Virus record (IMG/VR): IMGVR_UViG_3300043427_004450
Location: 7,984-71,983 of that record
Reading direction: 5' to 3' (one strand)
DNA: 64,000 nucleotides
Source: a virus
Shown here: in pieces, positions 61,839 through 64,000 of the stretch
Position numbering within the stretch: position 1 is the stretch's first letter
How the letters are laid out: each line of letters begins with the position of its first letter
The notes under the pieces: generated by a model
Database searches by the model: none
What the model was told of the DNA's origin: nothing
What the model saw: the letters and a program-made list of their open reading frames with translations, nothing else
Position numbers and translations under genes: made by a program

Positions 61839-62606
61839 TTATTTTTCTCTTCCAAATGTTTGTACCCCAGAGAATGTATATGGCTCAGTAGTAATTCCTG
61901 GTCTAAATTTCCATGTTACCATTTTTTGCAATAAGCAAGCATCAAATTCTTTGTTTGCTGGTATTGAAGTTGCTTTGTGGTTACTTGTTGCGCCATCTTT
62001 GTCTACTGTAAATGTTAGTGTTGTCTTTACAGAAAAAGATGGGTTAGAGTTTACTGCAGTTGATACACAGCTAGCAAGCTGTCTTTTATATGAATTATAT
62101 CCTTCGGTTATTGCATCCCTTGTTGGATCTGGTTTTTGAGAAACTTCCGCAGCCTTTGCTGCTGCCTGAGAAGACAATGCACTCTTGAGTCCTGGTAGAT
62201 TCTTTGTAAGATTATGAATTAATACATCCTGTCTTTCTGCATTTATTTTTCCTGATTCATCAGATGTAAAGATGCTTATAAAATAGGTGCATTTTGCTCT
62301 TTCTGGAAAACTTGCAAGATTATTGCTTATTTGTTTTACAAAATCTTGTAACTTAAACTCTCCAATTCTATATGTATCTTCTGGGCATTTTACACCAAGT
62401 CTATATACTCCACTTTTTTGAAGCTCAATCATTTCTGCTGGCTTTGGCTTTGGAGTTTCTGCCACTGGTGTTCCCATTGACTGCGGTGTGGCTGATTGAG
62501 TTGTTTCCTGAGCGTATCTTCTCAATAAAAAATCAACTTTATTTGCTTCAGATATATTTCCAAATTTATCTAATTCTGTTGCTAATTTTATTAACTCTTT
62601 AATCAT
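61839..62606 (-). CDS. Leader-bearing protein with AgmX/PglI (TonB-C-like) C-terminal domain
   Basis: Leader MIKELIKLATELDKFGNISEANKVDFLLRRYAQ; LASCV.....NPSF.V..TLTFTVDKDG...FDACLLQKMVTWKF. Confidence 0.7.
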   Translation of the reverse strand: MIKELIKLATELDKFGNISEANKVDFLLRRYAQETTQSATPQSMGTPVAETPKPKPAEMIELQKSGVYRLGVKCPEDTYRIGEFKLQDFVKQISNNLASFPERAKCTYFISIFTSDESGKINAERQDVLIHNLTKNLPGLKSALSSQAAAKAAEVSQKPDPTRDAITEGYNSYKRQLASCVSTAVNSNPSFSVKTTLTFTVDKDGATSNHKATSIPANKEFDACLLQKMVTWKFRPGITTEPYTFSGVQTFGREK

Positions 62607-62704
62607 AAATTCTCCAAACTTACTTATCAACAATTCTTTTTTTGATTAGTAGTTTGTGCTGCGGGGCTGCTTTGCCGGAATAAACTGAGGACAAAAAAGA
62701 AATA

Positions 62705-62736
62705 AAAAAAGGCCACCACAGTCTCCCGTGGTGGCC
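62705..62736 (-). terminator. Intrinsic terminator
   Basis: GGCCACCAC/GTGGTGGCC followed by a T run. Confidence 0.85.
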
Positions 62737-63155
62737 TCCTAACTACTGCTTAATCTGCTCGACCGCTCGCTTGCCCTTATCGGCAATAGTATGAGCGGCA
62801 TTATCGACCTGCTTAGTCACCTTTCGGGCATCACGCGGATTGTCTCCAGCCCAATCAAGAAGAAAGTAAGAACCAGCAACAATAGAGGTGATCAAAAGAA
62901 AAGCCTTCATTTTAACTCCTTTATTACTTATCCCAAAGAGGATTGTTGGATGAATTATTATCAATAATTGATTCTAGATTTCCTTCTTGCCAATCACACC
63001 AAGCCAAAGTATCCTTTGGATATGGATTATTTCTAACTCCATAGCATCCAGCAAGATAGCCTTTTAGCCAACCAAGTGTAGGAACCTTTCCATTACGCAT
63101 AGACCATCCTTCTATGCGAGACACCCTATAAATATGATCGAATGTAGTGAACACA

Positions 63156-63584
63156 CTAGCTCCACTTAACATTAACCTTCATATGTCCAGCACGAATCTT
63201 CTTTGGAAGATTTGTAGAGAGAGAAGCCTGAAGAGCCTCAACCTCAGACTTAACAAAGTCAACATCCTTCTTAGTTGCATCACCAACCTTTTCATCTGCA
63301 TTGAGAGCATCAGAAGCAGCGTCGGTAATCATAGCCATGATATTCTCTCGCTGAAACCCTGCCTTATGCAGAGCAATAACGAGAACATCAAGAAGCGGAA
63401 GATGAACAGTAGGAGTATACTCTACACCCTCACCAATAGAGACTGTTCCACCGTCACAAGTAATATTAAATGGTGCAACAGCTAGTGCGGTTCCTACTCC
63501 AACAGACCTTCGGGCTTCATCAATTTTCTTATCAGTAAGAACGCGAGAAAGAGCGAGAATTTGTGCAGGGTCAAGATTTTTCAT
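63156..63584 (-). CDS. Hypothetical protein
   Basis: Start at MKNLDP after GGAG; upstream codons overlap a terminator. Confidence 0.6.
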   Translation of the reverse strand: MKNLDPAQILALSRVLTDKKIDEARRSVGVGTALAVAPFNITCDGGTVSIGEGVEYTPTVHLPLLDVLVIALHKAGFQRENIMAMITDAASDALNADEKVGDATKKDVDFVKSEVEALQASLSTNLPKKIRAGHMKVNVKWS

Positions 63585-63600
63585 AGGATCTCCACATAGA

Positions 63601-63632
63601 AGAAAAGGCACCGTGAGATTTCCCACGGTGCC
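63601..63632 (-). terminator. Intrinsic terminator
   Basis: GGCACCGTG/CACGGTGCC followed by TTTTCT. Confidence 0.8.
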
Positions 63633-63639
63633 AATTTAA

Positions 63640-63945
63640 TTACTGCTGACAGAATCGGGACATAACATCGCTAACGCGACGAGAAACAAACTCGTCAATC
63701 TCGCGAACAACGGCTTGATTAAAGGACTCTCCCTCACCAATCATACCAGTAAAAGTGATCGGATCGCCATTGAGAAGGCGACCCTCCGCAATCTTTCGGC
63801 CAAGACGGCGATTAAATCGATCACGACTAGCGCAGAAAGAAGCACCAATAGTAATGTCAATTACTCCATTAGCCTCAGTAGCAGTATAGGCAACAGTTAC
63901 GGGAGTGCGACGACGAGGAACAGAAACATACTGAAAGCGAGTCAT
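63640..63945 (-). CDS. Phage hypothetical protein (paralogue of 32790..33098)
   Basis: SFCASRDRFNRRLGRKIAEGR. Confidence 0.6.
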   Translation of the reverse strand: MTRFQYVSVPRRRTPVTVAYTATEANGVIDITIGASFCASRDRFNRRLGRKIAEGRLLNGDPITFTGMIGEGESFNQAVVREIDEFVSRRVSDVMSRFCQQ

Positions 63946-64000
63946 TTTATTCTCCTTTAATTACTGATCATTCTGAGTACGAGAGGGACGCTTAGACCAA

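Overview
A 64-kb segment of a large, AT-rich, standard-code dsDNA phage (jumbo-phage-like). It has dense, mostly minus-strand small ORFs and no capsid, large terminase or polymerase genes. Recognisable genes include DNA ligase, a 5'-3' exonuclease, a DEDD exonuclease, ClpP, an AAA ATPase, thioredoxin and two peptidoglycan hydrolases. A translation/tRNA module comprises IF-1, LysRS, SerRS, TrmH-like and Trm13-like methyltransferases, an Rnl1-type RNA ligase and 14 tRNAs, with free-standing endonucleases interspersed among the tRNAs. Host-like genes (CglF/GltF-like protein, Flp pilin, AgmX/PglI C-terminal domain, di-heme peroxidase, acyl-CoA dehydrogenase) point to a Myxococcota-type host (inference). 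The main unexplained signals are: (1) a shared N-terminal leader ending K/R-x-A/S on about 12 unrelated cargo proteins, mostly behind a YTRYTAWT motif; (2) a shared C-terminal P-[DE]-x-x-E-W-x-L-[FW]-[NH] tag on about 9 small proteins; (3) a 297-nt closed multi-hairpin RNA and a 98-nt tRNA-like RNA; (4) a covarying boxB-like hairpin repeated five times in the tRNA cluster; (5) an HNH gene inserted in tRNA-Gln with a duplicated 3' end; (6) sigma70-type promoters lying inside their own inverted repeats. All family calls come from motif recognition by eye; no database searches were run.
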